A DNA stretch of 64,000 bases from a virus. The stretch is from the IMG/VR virus record IMGVR_UViG_3300031616_000001, positions 32,001 through 96,000 of that record, one strand, 5' to 3'. A program made the position numbers and the translations under genes. Positions 17,235 through 27,451 of this stretch are shown here, piece after piece. Numbering within the stretch: position 1 is the first letter of the stretch; every line of letters starts with the position of its first letter. The notes under the pieces are model-generated. The model did not search any database. It was not told the origin of the DNA and was given only the letters and a program-made list of their open reading frames with translations.

Positions 17235-19010
17235 ATGATCGAGCCGCAGTTCATCCTCGCGCGGGCCGCCAAACTCGTCATCGATCTGTTCGCCGGCGGC
17301 GGCGGAGCCAGCACTGGCATTGAGCAGGCCATTGGCCGCCACGTCGACATCGCGATCAATCACGACCGCGTCGCCGTCGCCCAGCACCAGGCAAACCACC
17401 CGCAGACCCGTCACCTGGTCACCGACATCTGGGAGGTGGACCCGCTCAGGACCACCGAGGGTCGGCCCGTCGGGTTGCTGTGGGCGAGTCCGGACTGCCG
17501 TCACTTCAGTCCAGCCAAGGGCGGCGCGCCGGTCAGCGATCGCGTGCGCAGCCTAGCGTGGGTGGTGATCAAGTGGGCGACGCATTGCCGGCCCGATGTG
17601 ATCTGCCTCGAGAACATCCCCGAGTTCAAGAACTGGGGGCCGGTCATCGCCGGCCGGCCGTGCCCGGACCGCAAAGGCAAGACCTTCCGCCGCTGGCGCC
17701 TGCAGCTCGCGCGTCTCGGCTACGTCGTCGAGTTCCGCGAACTCCGCGCCTGCGACTACGACACGCCGACGATCCGCAAGCGGCTCTTCATGGTGGCGCG
17801 CTGCGACGGCCTGCCGATCGTCTGGCCGGAGGCGACGAACGGCCCCGGCCTGCGGCCGTTTCGCACGGCCGCCGAGTGCATCGACTTCAGCCTGCCGTGC
17901 CCGAGCATCTTCGAGCGCAAGAAGCCGCTGGCGGCGGCGACGCAGCGGCGCATCGCGCACGGCGTGAAGCGCTACGTCATCGACAATGCGAAGCCGTTCA
18001 TCGTGCCCGTGACGCACCCGCGCGACTCGCGCGTGCACAGTGTCGACGACCCGATGCGCACCGTCACCGCGGCGCCGCGCGGCGAGTTCGCACTCGCGGC
18101 GCCGACGATCGCCCGCATCGGCCAGACCGGCGGCAATGGCAAGTACGCGAACAGCGTCGAGGAGCCGCTGTCAACCATCACCACGAAGGCCGAGCACCTG
18201 CTGGTCGCGCCGGTGATCGTTGAAGCCGCGCACGGCGATGTTTCGCCGACCGGCGTCAAGCGCTGGGGCAAGGGCCACCGCTCGATCGAGGAGCCGGTGC
18301 CGACGATCACGGCCAGCGGCGGCAACACCGCGGTGGTCGCGTCGTTCCTGGCCAAGCACTACGGTGGCCACGAGACGCCGGGCACGCCGCTCGACAAGCC
18401 GATCAGCACGATCACGACGCAGGACCATCACCACCTGGTGGCAGCGCACATCACGAAGTTCCGCACGGACAGCGACGGCGTCGCCGCCGACGTCCCGATG
18501 CCGACTGTCACCGCCAACAGCCATGTCAAGCGCCCGGGCGGCGCGCCGCCGCTTGGCCTCGTGACATCGCATCTCGCGAAGCTGCGCGGCACCAGCAACA
18601 GCGCGGCGACCGACGAGCCATTGCACACCATCAGCGCCGGCGGCTGGCATCACGCCGAAGTCCGCGCCTTCCTGGCGGCGTACTACGGCACCGACCAGGA
18701 TCCGCGGCTCGAGGAGCCGTTGCATACGCTGACGACACGCGACCGTTTCGGCCTCGTCACCGTCAGCGGTATCGACTACGTCATCGTCGACATCGGCATG
18801 CGCATGCTCCAACCTCGCGAGTTGTACCTGGCGCAGGGTTTCGCGCCCGACTACATCATCGACTGGGGCATCGACCCGAAGACCGGTGACCGCATCACGC
18901 TGACAAAGACCGCGCAGGTTCGCCTGGTCGGCAATAGCGTCTGCCCGCCGCTGGCGCGCGCCATCGTCGCCGCGAACTACTCCGACGTCGAGATGCGGAG
19001 GGCGGCTTGA
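17235..19010 (+). CDS. DNA cytosine-5 methyltransferase
   Basis: DLFAGGGG, ASPDC, ENI.E, R.RLF, GNSV motifs; repeated EPLxTIT units. Confidence 0.95.
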   Translation: MIEPQFILARAAKLVIDLFAGGGGASTGIEQAIGRHVDIAINHDRVAVAQHQANHPQTRHLVTDIWEVDPLRTTEGRPVGLLWASPDCRHFSPAKGGAPVSDRVRSLAWVVIKWATHCRPDVICLENIPEFKNWGPVIAGRPCPDRKGKTFRRWRLQLARLGYVVEFRELRACDYDTPTIRKRLFMVARCDGLPIVWPEATNGPGLRPFRTAAECIDFSLPCPSIFERKKPLAAATQRRIAHGVKRYVIDNAKPFIVPVTHPRDSRVHSVDDPMRTVTAAPRGEFALAAPTIARIGQTGGNGKYANSVEEPLSTITTKAEHLLVAPVIVEAAHGDVSPTGVKRWGKGHRSIEEPVPTITASGGNTAVVASFLAKHYGGHETPGTPLDKPISTITTQDHHHLVAAHITKFRTDSDGVAADVPMPTVTANSHVKRPGGAPPLGLVTSHLAKLRGTSNSAATDEPLHTISAGGWHHAEVRAFLAAYYGTDQDPRLEEPLHTLTTRDRFGLVTVSGIDYVIVDIGMRMLQPRELYLAQGFAPDYIIDWGIDPKTGDRITLTKTAQVRLVGNSVCPPLARAIVAANYSDVEMRRAA

Positions 19011-19011
19011 G

Positions 19012-19254
19012 ATGACATACGGTCTGAAGCTGATCGACGGCCGTCTCGTGCTCGGCGCGCAATCCACAAGGGGCGGCTTCGTTCCGCAGGTCAGTGAGCT
19101 TCAGCCTGTTGGTCATTGGGTCGATGCCGAAGGCGGTCTGCGTGCCCAGTTCTGGCCAGGCCCGGGCTTGATCACGCGCTTCTTCGCGCGGCGCCGCGAC
19201 TATGTCTACGTGCACTACCCCAAGGAGCGGCGCGTACCGCCGATCATCGAATGA
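19012..19254 (+). CDS. Hypothetical protein
   Basis: Coupled ORF. Confidence 0.5.
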   Translation: MTYGLKLIDGRLVLGAQSTRGGFVPQVSELQPVGHWVDAEGGLRAQFWPGPGLITRFFARRRDYVYVHYPKERRVPPIIE

Positions 19255-19940
19255 ATCTGCCGAAGTTCATCACGTTCACCGGTGCCGATGAGCACACCAA
19301 CGTTCATGGCATGCTCGCCCTGGCCGCGCGCTACCCCATCGAGTGGGGCGTGCTGTTCTCGCCCAAGCGCCAGGGCACCGGACGCTATCCGCCGCTCGAG
19401 ACGGCGTGGAAGTTCCAGGCCTCCTCGCCGGCGCTGCGCCTGAGCGCACATCTATGCGGGCAGTACGCGACTGACACGATCGATGCAGGCGGCCTGCCGC
19501 TGTATCGCCAGGCCTTCGATCTGTCGCGTTTCATCAAGCAATGCCAGCGCGTGCAGATCAACACGACACGCTCGGATCTGAACGTCGGCGAGGTCTCGCA
19601 GTGGGGCGCAAGCATGGGCGTGCGCGTGATCTACCAATCCCGAGACGAGCATTGCTTCCCCGCCGACGATCGATGCGATTGGTTGTTCGACAACAGCGGC
19701 GGCCGCGGCGTGTCGCCCGGCGAGTGGCCGCGACCGGAGATCGGCTCACCTGCGATCCACGGCTATGCCGGTGGGCTGAACCAAGACAACGTTGCCCGCA
19801 ACGTCGAGTCGATCGAGTGGGAAGCCGGGGCGAACTACTGGATCGACATGGAGTCCGGTGTCCGCGACGCCGACGATCGCTTTGACCTGGCCAAGTGCGA
19901 GGCCATCTGCCGTGCGGTGTACGGGGAGGGCGCGCTGTGA
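19251..19940 (+). CDS. TrpF-like TIM-barrel phage protein
   Basis: ITFTGAD, IEWGVL, LFD.SGGRG, GYAGGL, WIDMESGVR motifs. Confidence 0.7.
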   Translation: MNLPKFITFTGADEHTNVHGMLALAARYPIEWGVLFSPKRQGTGRYPPLETAWKFQASSPALRLSAHLCGQYATDTIDAGGLPLYRQAFDLSRFIKQCQRVQINTTRSDLNVGEVSQWGASMGVRVIYQSRDEHCFPADDRCDWLFDNSGGRGVSPGEWPRPEIGSPAIHGYAGGLNQDNVARNVESIEWEAGANYWIDMESGVRDADDRFDLAKCEAICRAVYGEGAL

Positions 19941-20599
19941 TCGATGCCTGCTCGTGGGACGCGCCAGGCCGGGACCGCTATACGGGGTCGGTGCCGGCGG
20001 CCATCATTGCCTTCGGCCTGCCGCTGGCCACCCAATCCAAGCTGATCGCGGCCTTCGAAGCCCGCGAGTTCGTCGACGCCGTCGTCATCGACCGCGATGC
20101 CATCCGCGGCCGCACCTTCGACTATGCACCGGAGATCTCCGCGATGCACTTCGGCAGCCGCGGGCGGATCTGCGGGACGGTGACGCGCACCGGCTGGAGC
20201 GCTGAGCACGTCGAGACGGCGCTGGTGCTGTGCGCCGACGGCGAGTGCATCGCCTGGCCGGCGGTGTGCGGCAACGTCTTCAGGCTCGCGCGGCGCGAGC
20301 GCGCCGAGAAGCTCGCCGGGCCGCCGGCCGCGGTCCCCGAGACGCCGGGCGATGCCGTGGCCCCGCCCGAGCCGCCTCCTGTTCTCACGCTGACGTCGGC
20401 GCCCGTGCCGCTGGCTGGGCCCGCATATCCGCCGTCGGGCTACGGCGGCCCGCCGGACATCTTCTTTGGGCCGTGCTGCGCGACGCCAGGGGCTCCCGGG
20501 CTTCCGCCGATCACTCCGGCCATCCCGGAGCCGTCGACCTGGGCGCTGTTGATCGCCGGCGGCGCGGCGTTCCTCCTGGCGAGGAGACGGCGGGCGTGA
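19937..20599 (+). CDS. MHFG-family PEP-CTERM protein
   Basis: CSWD.PG, MHFG, Cys pattern, and C-terminal IPEPSTWALLIAGG...RRRRA. Confidence 0.85.
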   Translation: MIDACSWDAPGRDRYTGSVPAAIIAFGLPLATQSKLIAAFEAREFVDAVVIDRDAIRGRTFDYAPEISAMHFGSRGRICGTVTRTGWSAEHVETALVLCADGECIAWPAVCGNVFRLARRERAEKLAGPPAAVPETPGDAVAPPEPPPVLTLTSAPVPLAGPAYPPSGYGGPPDIFFGPCCATPGAPGLPPITPAIPEPSTWALLIAGGAAFLLARRRRA

Positions 20600-23214
20600 A
20601 ATCGTACGAGCAGTTCCTTCGCGACAAGGTGCGCCTCGCCCCTGATGAGGGGTTCGACGTTGCCCTGGACGAGGTGAATCCGCTGCTGAAGATGCACCAG
20701 CGCCTTATGGTGGTCTGGGCAATCCGCGGCGGGCGGCGCGCGATCTTCGCGGCCTTCGGTCTCGGCAAGAGCGTCATCCAACTCGAGATCGTCCGCCTGA
20801 TCCTTGCGCGCATCACCGGCCTCGGCCTGATTGTGATCCCGCTGGGCGTCCTGCAGGAGTTCAAGCGCGACGCCGCCATGCTCGGCATCGTCGTCAAATT
20901 CATCCGCGACATCGAAGACGCGCACGGCGCCGACATCTACCTGACGAACTACGAGACCGTCCGCGACGGCAAACTCGACCCGCAGCGGTTCGCCGTGGCC
21001 AGCCTGGATGAGGCCGCCGTCCTGCGCGGCTTCGGCGGCACCAAGACATTCCGCGAGTTCATGCGCACGTTCGCCGGCGACGGCAAGACGTTGAACGACA
21101 GGACGATCACGGACGGCGTGCGGTATCGCTTCGTGGCGACGGCGTGCCCGAGCCCGAACGAGTACATCGAGTTGCTGGCGTACGCCGCCTACCTCGGCAT
21201 CATGGACGTGTCGGCGGCGAAGACCAGGTTCTTCAAGCGCGACAGCACGAAGGCCGACAAGCTGACGCTGCACGCGCACAAGGAGCGCGAGTTCTGGTTG
21301 TGGGTGTCGTCGTGGGCGATCTTCGTTCAGAAGCCGAGCGACCTCGGCTGCTCGGACGACGGCTACGAACTACCGCCAATGGACGTGCGCTGGCACGAGG
21401 TGGCCAGCGACGTCGCCACCATCGGCCACGAGCCCTGGGGCCAGGCCAAGATGTTCGTCAGCGCCGCCATTGGCGTCGTCGACGCCAGCCGCGAGAAGCG
21501 CGAGAGTCTGCCGCTTCGCATGGCCAAGATGATGGAACTGCGCGCGGAGGATCCGCATGCCCATCGCATCCTCTGGCACGACCTCGAGCGCGAGCGCGAC
21601 GCCATCGAGCGCGCCATCCCGACGGCGGTCAGCGTCTACGGTTCGCAGGACCTGGATGAACGCGAGCAGGCCGTCGTGGACTTCAGCGACGGCCGGTTCC
21701 AGGAGCTCGCCGCGAAGCCCGTGATCGCCGGCAGCGGCTGCAACTTTCAGCGGCACTGCAGCTGGGCAATCTTCCTCGGCATCGGCTTCAAGTTCAGCGA
21801 TTTCATCCAGGCGATTCACCGTATCCAGCGTTTCCTGCAGACGCGGCCGGTGCGCATCGACCTGATCTACACGGAAGCCGAGCGCGAGGTTCGCAGGCAG
21901 CTCGAGCGCAAATGGGAGCAGCACACCATCATGGTCGCCAAGATGACCGAGATCATTCGGGAGTTCGGACTCTCACAGGCCGCGATGGCGCAGTCGCTGA
22001 CGCGCGCCATGAACGTGGAACGCGTGGAAACCGCTGGTCGCAGCTACAAGCTCGTGAACAACGACAGCGTCGACGAGACGCGTCGCATGGCTACCGACAG
22101 CGTCGACCTGATCCTCACGTCGATTCCGTTCTCTTCGCAATACGAATACTCGCCGAGCTACCGCGACCTCGGTCACAGCGACAACAACAAGCACTTCTTC
22201 GAGCACATGGACTTCATCACGCCGAACCTGCTGCGCGTGCTGAAGCCCGGCCGCATCGCGGCGATCCACGTGAAGGATCGCATCGTGCCCAAGGGCATGA
22301 CCGGCCTCGGCTTTCAGACGGCCTACCGATTCCACAGCAAGGTTGCCGACCACTACGAGAAGCACGGCTTCGCCTACCTCGGCATGAAGACGATCGTCAC
22401 CGACGTCGTGCGCGAGAACAACCAGACCTATCGCCTGGGTTGGACGGAGCAGTGCAAGGACGGCACGAAGATGGGCGTCGGCATGCCCGAGTACCTGCTG
22501 CTGTTCCGCAAGCCCGTGACGGACACCGCCGACGGCTACGCCGATACGCCGGTGGTCAAAGCCAAGCCGCTGTGCCTCGACGGCGACGACGACGTGCCGT
22601 TTGACCGCGATCTTCCGATCAAGCCGAACAGCGGCTACTCGCGATCGCGGTGGCAGATCGATGCCCACGGCTTCACGCGGTCATCGGGTGACGGTCTGCT
22701 GCTGCCAGAGGACCTGGCCGGCATGACGCACGCCGAGATGTTCCAGCTGTTCAAACGGCGATCGCTCGAGACCGTCTACAACTTCGAGAACCACGTGCGA
22801 CTCTGCGAGCACCTCGAAGCCGCCGGCAAGCTGCCGGTGACCTTCATGTTGCTGCAGCCGCAGAGCTGGAGCGATGAGGTGTGGACCGACATCACGCGGA
22901 TGCTCACGCTCAACGGCGCGCAGTCCGCGAAGGGCAAGGAGATGCATCTTTGCCCGATGCAGTTCGATCTCGCCGATCGCGCGATCGAGCAATGGTCCAT
23001 GCCTGGCGAGGTGGTGTTCGATCCATTCGCCGGCCTCGGAACCGTCCCGTACCGCGCCGTCCAGAAGGGCCGCTTCGGCCTGGGCTGCGAACTGAGCCCG
23101 TCGTACTACCTCGACAGCCACACCTACTGCCGCGCGGCCGAGCTCGAGCTGAGCATGCCGAGCCTCTTCGATGCCGAAGAGATCGGCGAGACAGCCGACT
23201 CTGCCGCGTCTTGA
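20596..23214 (+). CDS. SNF2-like helicase fused to N4/N6 DNA methyltransferase
   Basis: GLGKS, LDEA, ATACP, QAIHRIQR; then TSIPF and FDPFAGLG. Confidence 0.9.
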   Translation: MKSYEQFLRDKVRLAPDEGFDVALDEVNPLLKMHQRLMVVWAIRGGRRAIFAAFGLGKSVIQLEIVRLILARITGLGLIVIPLGVLQEFKRDAAMLGIVVKFIRDIEDAHGADIYLTNYETVRDGKLDPQRFAVASLDEAAVLRGFGGTKTFREFMRTFAGDGKTLNDRTITDGVRYRFVATACPSPNEYIELLAYAAYLGIMDVSAAKTRFFKRDSTKADKLTLHAHKEREFWLWVSSWAIFVQKPSDLGCSDDGYELPPMDVRWHEVASDVATIGHEPWGQAKMFVSAAIGVVDASREKRESLPLRMAKMMELRAEDPHAHRILWHDLERERDAIERAIPTAVSVYGSQDLDEREQAVVDFSDGRFQELAAKPVIAGSGCNFQRHCSWAIFLGIGFKFSDFIQAIHRIQRFLQTRPVRIDLIYTEAEREVRRQLERKWEQHTIMVAKMTEIIREFGLSQAAMAQSLTRAMNVERVETAGRSYKLVNNDSVDETRRMATDSVDLILTSIPFSSQYEYSPSYRDLGHSDNNKHFFEHMDFITPNLLRVLKPGRIAAIHVKDRIVPKGMTGLGFQTAYRFHSKVADHYEKHGFAYLGMKTIVTDVVRENNQTYRLGWTEQCKDGTKMGVGMPEYLLLFRKPVTDTADGYADTPVVKAKPLCLDGDDDVPFDRDLPIKPNSGYSRSRWQIDAHGFTRSSGDGLLLPEDLAGMTHAEMFQLFKRRSLETVYNFENHVRLCEHLEAAGKLPVTFMLLQPQSWSDEVWTDITRMLTLNGAQSAKGKEMHLCPMQFDLADRAIEQWSMPGEVVFDPFAGLGTVPYRAVQKGRFGLGCELSPSYYLDSHTYCRAAELELSMPSLFDAEEIGETADSAAS

Positions 23215-23228
23215 GGCTTAGTAATACT

Positions 23229-23483
23229 ATGTCGCCGCCACCCATCACCTACCCGTCTGGGTTATTCACGGAGCTCATGCGCAGGCACGCGTGGCCCCCC
23301 GGCTTCGAGTCGCAGATCCAGATCCAGACGTTGAGCGACGTCGACCGCCGCGAGTCGGCGGCGCGCGGCCGCGAGACGCAGCTGTCCAACGGCTACACCG
23401 GCACCGTGTTCGGCATGAGCAGAAGCGCCGACGCTCAGGCCGCGGTGTCGAGGCCAAGGTTCAACGCGAGGTTGAGCCGATGA
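23229..23483 (+). CDS. Hypothetical protein
   Basis: Coupled to downstream gene. Confidence 0.4.
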   Translation: MSPPPITYPSGLFTELMRRHAWPPGFESQIQIQTLSDVDRRESAARGRETQLSNGYTGTVFGMSRSADAQAAVSRPRFNARLSR

Positions 23484-24166
23484 CAAAGCTCACCTACTCA
23501 GAACAGCTGAAGCATCCAAAGTGGCAACGCAAGCGTCTCGAGATCCTTGAGGCAGCTGACTGGAAATGCATACGCTGCAGTTCAGCGGAAAAGACGCTTC
23601 ATGTTCATCACCGGCAGTACATCGCTGGCAGGTTGCCGTGGGAGTATGCCGCCGACGATTTGCTCGCGCTTTGCGAGGACTGCCATGCGGGAGAGCATGG
23701 GAAAGAGTCGATTCCGAATCGCCGCGCAGTGACTCGTCGAGATCGAGCCCTCTGGCTGGGAATCGAGGTTGCTGATCCACGTGCTGTTCTCAGTCAAGTC
23801 GACTGGGAATTCCTGTGCAGGTTGCCGCCTCCGTACGGTTTCGCGTTTGTCCAGATCGACATTATTCAGCGAGGATTGGGCCCGCTGTCCAAGATTGAAC
23901 TCTTGGCTGAGATGAGGAAGAAACGTCCTCAAATTTCAGATGAGCCTGCTGTCCCGAATGTCCTCGACGTCGTTCAAGGCCTCATACAGGTACAGCCAGG
24001 GGTCGACGTCGGTCGCGATCTGGCGCTCGCCGTGAAATGGCTCATGCGGGACGAGGTTAACGATCAACTCCGAGCATTGATCTCCGTTGGCGAGACAGCG
24101 AGGGGCGGTGAGCTGAGAGACCTCGTTGCTCGCCAGCGCCTTCTGAACCAGGAGTTGGCGCCGTGA
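23480..24166 (+). CDS. HNH-domain protein
   Basis: Y..QL.HPKWQRKR, C..C, LHVHH..Y, LCEDCH. Confidence 0.8.
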   Translation: MTKLTYSEQLKHPKWQRKRLEILEAADWKCIRCSSAEKTLHVHHRQYIAGRLPWEYAADDLLALCEDCHAGEHGKESIPNRRAVTRRDRALWLGIEVADPRAVLSQVDWEFLCRLPPPYGFAFVQIDIIQRGLGPLSKIELLAEMRKKRPQISDEPAVPNVLDVVQGLIQVQPGVDVGRDLALAVKWLMRDEVNDQLRALISVGETARGGELRDLVARQRLLNQELAP

Positions 24167-25155
24167 GCAAGACGGTCGAGACCTGGATGCCCTGGTACAT
24201 CGACAAGTACCTCGGTGACACGACCAACCTGACGACCGAGCAGCACGGCGCGTACTGCCTTCTGCTGATGAGTATGTGGAAGAAGCAAGGGCTCCTGCCA
24301 AACGACGACAAGCAACTCGCGCCGATAGCAAAGCTGTCATTGGGAAAGTGGCGCTCGTACCGACCAGTGCTCATCCAGTTCTTTCGAGTGTCCGAAGACG
24401 GCAGATTCATCAGTCAGAAGCGCGTCAGCAAGGAGTTGACTCGGGCGCTTGCGATCTCAGATGAGCGGTCTAAGGCGGGCAAGGAGGGTGCAGCCAGGAA
24501 GCGCGTGATTCAGGAAGAGAGGTCAGCATTTGAACTAGCAAACGGTATAGCAACCGCGGTAGCAAATGCTTCAGCAAATGCTAAGCAAAACGCAACACCT
24601 ATACCGAAGACACCTTCGCTTCGCTCAGGTTCCGAAGCTATCGCTTCGGTTGCTGTGACAGCTGCGCCGTCACCGCCGAAGCGTCGAAAGGCAAAGGCTG
24701 AAGTCGACCCTGAACCTCCGACAAACGCCACGTGGGAGGCCTATAGCGAGGCATACCGCAGGCGGTATCGCATCGCCCCATTGCGAAATGGCAAGGTCAA
24801 CAAGCTATTGCTGAACTTCCTGGGGCTCGTGCCAGCCGAACATGGGCCTGCAATCGCTGCGTTCTACGTCGGACACCAGCAGAACCTCTATGTCAACGCG
24901 AAGCATGCGGTGGAGCTTCTATTCCGCGACGCAGAGCGGCTGTACGCCGATTGGATGACAAACAGCGCGGCGGGCGTGCAGCAAATTCACGGCACCGAGA
25001 CGGCCAACCATCGCCAGCTGCGCGAGATGCACGCGGCCCTCAGTGGCAATCGAGTCGCGTCGGCAACCGCTCCGGCCCCCCCAGCGCAGCGCTCGATTGA
25101 TCTCAAACAAGCGCAGGAGGTGCTTGATGTCATCCCTACCGATCTACTCCGTTGA
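24163..25155 (+). CDS. DUF1376/YdaU-family replication initiator
   Basis: WMP.YI..YLGDT..LTTEQHGAY.LLL motif. Confidence 0.85.
   Translation: MSKTVETWMPWYIDKYLGDTTNLTTEQHGAYCLLLMSMWKKQGLLPNDDKQLAPIAKLSLGKWRSYRPVLIQFFRVSEDGRFISQKRVSKELTRALAISDERSKAGKEGAARKRVIQEERSAFELANGIATAVANASANAKQNATPIPKTPSLRSGSEAIASVAVTAAPSPPKRRKAKAEVDPEPPTNATWEAYSEAYRRRYRIAPLRNGKVNKLLLNFLGLVPAEHGPAIAAFYVGHQQNLYVNAKHAVELLFRDAERLYADWMTNSAAGVQQIHGTETANHRQLREMHAALSGNRVASATAPAPPAQRSIDLKQAQEVLDVIPTDLLR
24536..24592 (+). repeat. Iteron-like repeats, putative replication origin inside initiator gene
   Basis: AGCAA core repeated five times at about 11-12 nt spacing in an AT-richer patch. Confidence 0.55.
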
Positions 25156-25657
25156 GGAGATCATGTCGCGTCTGAGCGTGGCCTACGGCAGTGCTTGGGC
25201 ACAGATGTGGCTCGGCCTTGACCCAGCCGAAGTGAAGGCGCAGTGGGCGGATGCGCTCGGCCCGTACCTCAACAAGCCCGAGAAAATCCATCACGCGTTG
25301 GCCCACTTGCCAGTCGACAGGCCACCGAACTCGCTTCAGTTCAAGGTCATCTGCATGAACGCGCCGGAGACGGAACCGGATCCGGTTCCGCAGTTGCCCG
25401 GGATGCCGGAGCGCAAGGCAGACATCTCACGGCTGCGCGCGGCGTTCCTGCGCTTCAAGGAACTCCGCAAAGAGATGCTGAAGAAGCCCAAGGAGTGGGC
25501 GTACCGGCTTCAGGAGCGCGAGCGGCGCGGCGAGCGGCTGACAGCCTTCGAGCAGCAGGCCTGGCGCGATACGCTGGCCAAGGTCGAAGACAAGCACGTC
25601 GGTGGTCATCACACGCCGATCGCCAACGAAGACCTGCCGCCAGGGATGCGGCGATGA
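25127..25657 (+). CDS. Putative replication partner (P-like)
   Basis: Follows initiator; YG..W..MW...PPN..QF...C pattern. Confidence 0.55.
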   Translation: MSSLPIYSVEEIMSRLSVAYGSAWAQMWLGLDPAEVKAQWADALGPYLNKPEKIHHALAHLPVDRPPNSLQFKVICMNAPETEPDPVPQLPGMPERKADISRLRAAFLRFKELRKEMLKKPKEWAYRLQERERRGERLTAFEQQAWRDTLAKVEDKHVGGHHTPIANEDLPPGMRR

Positions 25658-25926
25658 GCTACGAAGCCTGGGGCGAACCCGATGGCCGCCCGTACCCGAC
25701 GGCGGCGGCGAGGCGCATCCGCGTGCGCGTCGAAGAGGGCGACTTCCGAGGATTCAACGGCCGCACGCCGTGCGCACCCGACGAGCCGACGCGACAGTGT
25801 TCGATCTGCGCGCGGCACCGGCCGGCCCTGGCGCGCGTCGTCGATCGCGACACCGTGCTGATCGACGCCACGACGGTGACGCCGCCCGGGCTGCGCTGCC
25901 CAATGTTTGCACGGCGCGACCAATGA
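25654..25926 (+). CDS. Hypothetical Cys-containing protein
   Basis: Coupled ORF. Confidence 0.45.
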   Translation: MSYEAWGEPDGRPYPTAAARRIRVRVEEGDFRGFNGRTPCAPDEPTRQCSICARHRPALARVVDRDTVLIDATTVTPPGLRCPMFARRDQ

Positions 25927-26120
25927 GCCCGGAACAGATGGACCACATCCGCCAGGCGGCGCGCGACATCCTCGATGCCGCCGAGTTCGGCTGGTGGTAT
26001 GCCGGCGGTCAGATCGATGCACACAAAGTGGCATGGGCGCAGTGGATCCTGTGGCACGCCCCCAAAGTCTGGCCGGAGCTGATCACGGCGAACGAGTGCT
26101 TCACGGAGATCGTGCTGTGA
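25923..26120 (+). CDS. Hypothetical protein
   Basis: Coupled ORF. Confidence 0.45.
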   Translation: MSPEQMDHIRQAARDILDAAEFGWWYAGGQIDAHKVAWAQWILWHAPKVWPELITANECFTEIVL

Positions 26121-26623
26121 GCAGCGGCCTGCACGCGCATTCGCGCGAACTCAAGTACGCCGTCCAGGGCCCGGGGCTGAGCTGCGAGGGCCGGTTGTGC
26201 AGCCGCTGCCACAGGCCGTCGCGCAGCACCGGCGGCGGAACCATCGACGGGCGCTGGTACTGCGCGAAGTGCAAACCAAAGAGAGGCAACGACATGGCGA
26301 AGACGAGCGACTGGACAACCCGAGTGCACGAGCACCTCTTGAAGACCAGGACGGGCATGACGCCGGCGATGGTCATCACGATGTTCGGCAAGCCGCCGGG
26401 TACGAGCGCCGCCGGCAAGGTGCTGAGCGCGGCGTCGCAGCACGGATGGTTTCGCCGCGAACAGCGCGAAGCCGAGGGCGACACCGTGCGTGTCACGACG
26501 CCCATCTATTTCGCCGTCGACCGCGCGAATGCCACGCCGACGCGCCGCGGGCCGGAGCCCGAGAGCTACTTCTACGGGGTCAAGCGCGTGCGGTCAGTCT
26601 TCGAACTCTGGAGCACGCTATGA
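26117..26623 (+). CDS. Hypothetical protein (Zn-ribbon N-terminus; alternative start 26294)
   Basis: CSRC...CAKC; internal RBS before MAKTSDW. Confidence 0.5.
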   Translation: MSSGLHAHSRELKYAVQGPGLSCEGRLCSRCHRPSRSTGGGTIDGRWYCAKCKPKRGNDMAKTSDWTTRVHEHLLKTRTGMTPAMVITMFGKPPGTSAAGKVLSAASQHGWFRREQREAEGDTVRVTTPIYFAVDRANATPTRRGPEPESYFYGVKRVRSVFELWSTL

Positions 26624-27267
26624 CGCACACGCCACGACCGGGAAGCATTGGCGAGCGGTCCATCAAGTATCTCGGCGAACACGGCCGGCAGACGATGCGC
26701 GATCTCGCCGACGGCATCGACGCCGAGCTCGGCTCGATGAGCGCATCGCTGAATCTCTGCTTGCAGCACGGCTTGCTTGTCCGCGAAGAAGCCGACGGCA
26801 AGATCTTCATCGGCGTACCCAAGCCGCCGGCCGTCGTCGCGTCGATTATGCGGCCGAACGGCGTCGAGGTCGGTAATCGGAAGGCTGAACCTCGCGACGG
26901 CGTTGCTGTCGCGGAGGAAGCCGAGTCTGCGGAGGCGATCGTCGTGAGCAACGGCCACTATCAGAATGGCGTTCGCGAAGAATCGTTTGTCGTCGACGAC
27001 AAGAGGACCGTGACGGTCCGCCGGCCCGACGAGTCGGCAGCGGATTCCTCGACCGAGACGCCGACGTCGATCATCGAAGAGCTCGCGCCGAGCAGGCCGA
27101 TGCGCGTCGATGCGCCGGCGCCGCGTCACTTCGCCGTCGGCATCTTCACCGATGGCCGCTTTGTCATCGAAGTCGGCGATCGCGGCGAGACGCTGACCCG
27201 CGATGAAACCGAAACGCTGTGGAAGTTCGTGCACGGCATCGAAAGGCCATTCGATGAACAGGCCTGA
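26620..27267 (+). CDS. Winged-helix domain protein
   Basis: TMRDLADGID....SMSASL......GLLVR. Confidence 0.55.
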   Translation: MTHTPRPGSIGERSIKYLGEHGRQTMRDLADGIDAELGSMSASLNLCLQHGLLVREEADGKIFIGVPKPPAVVASIMRPNGVEVGNRKAEPRDGVAVAEEAESAEAIVVSNGHYQNGVREESFVVDDKRTVTVRRPDESAADSSTETPTSIIEELAPSRPMRVDAPAPRHFAVGIFTDGRFVIEVGDRGETLTRDETETLWKFVHGIERPFDEQA

Positions 27268-27451
27268 CTCGTCGCTGGATCTCGTGCTGGCCGTCTCCTT
27301 GTGCATCGGCGTCTGCCTGATCGCCGTGATCCTTGGGCTCGTCGCTACCGGTCTGATGCTCGCCGTCGCCGCGCTCGTCCTGTGGATAGTGCGCATGGCC
27401 TGGTTCCTCGTGACCGTGCTGTGGGAGATGTGGGGAATCTGGCCGTGGTAA
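27254..27451 (+). CDS. Small membrane protein
   Basis: Long hydrophobic run. Confidence 0.5.
   Translation: MNRPDSSLDLVLAVSLCIGVCLIAVILGLVATGLMLAVAALVLWIVRMAWFLVTVLWEMWGIWPW

Noticed and set aside
18040-18760. Repeated PLxTIT units in the cytosine methyltransferase
   Set aside because: Familiar feature of this phage methyltransferase type, not a separate system
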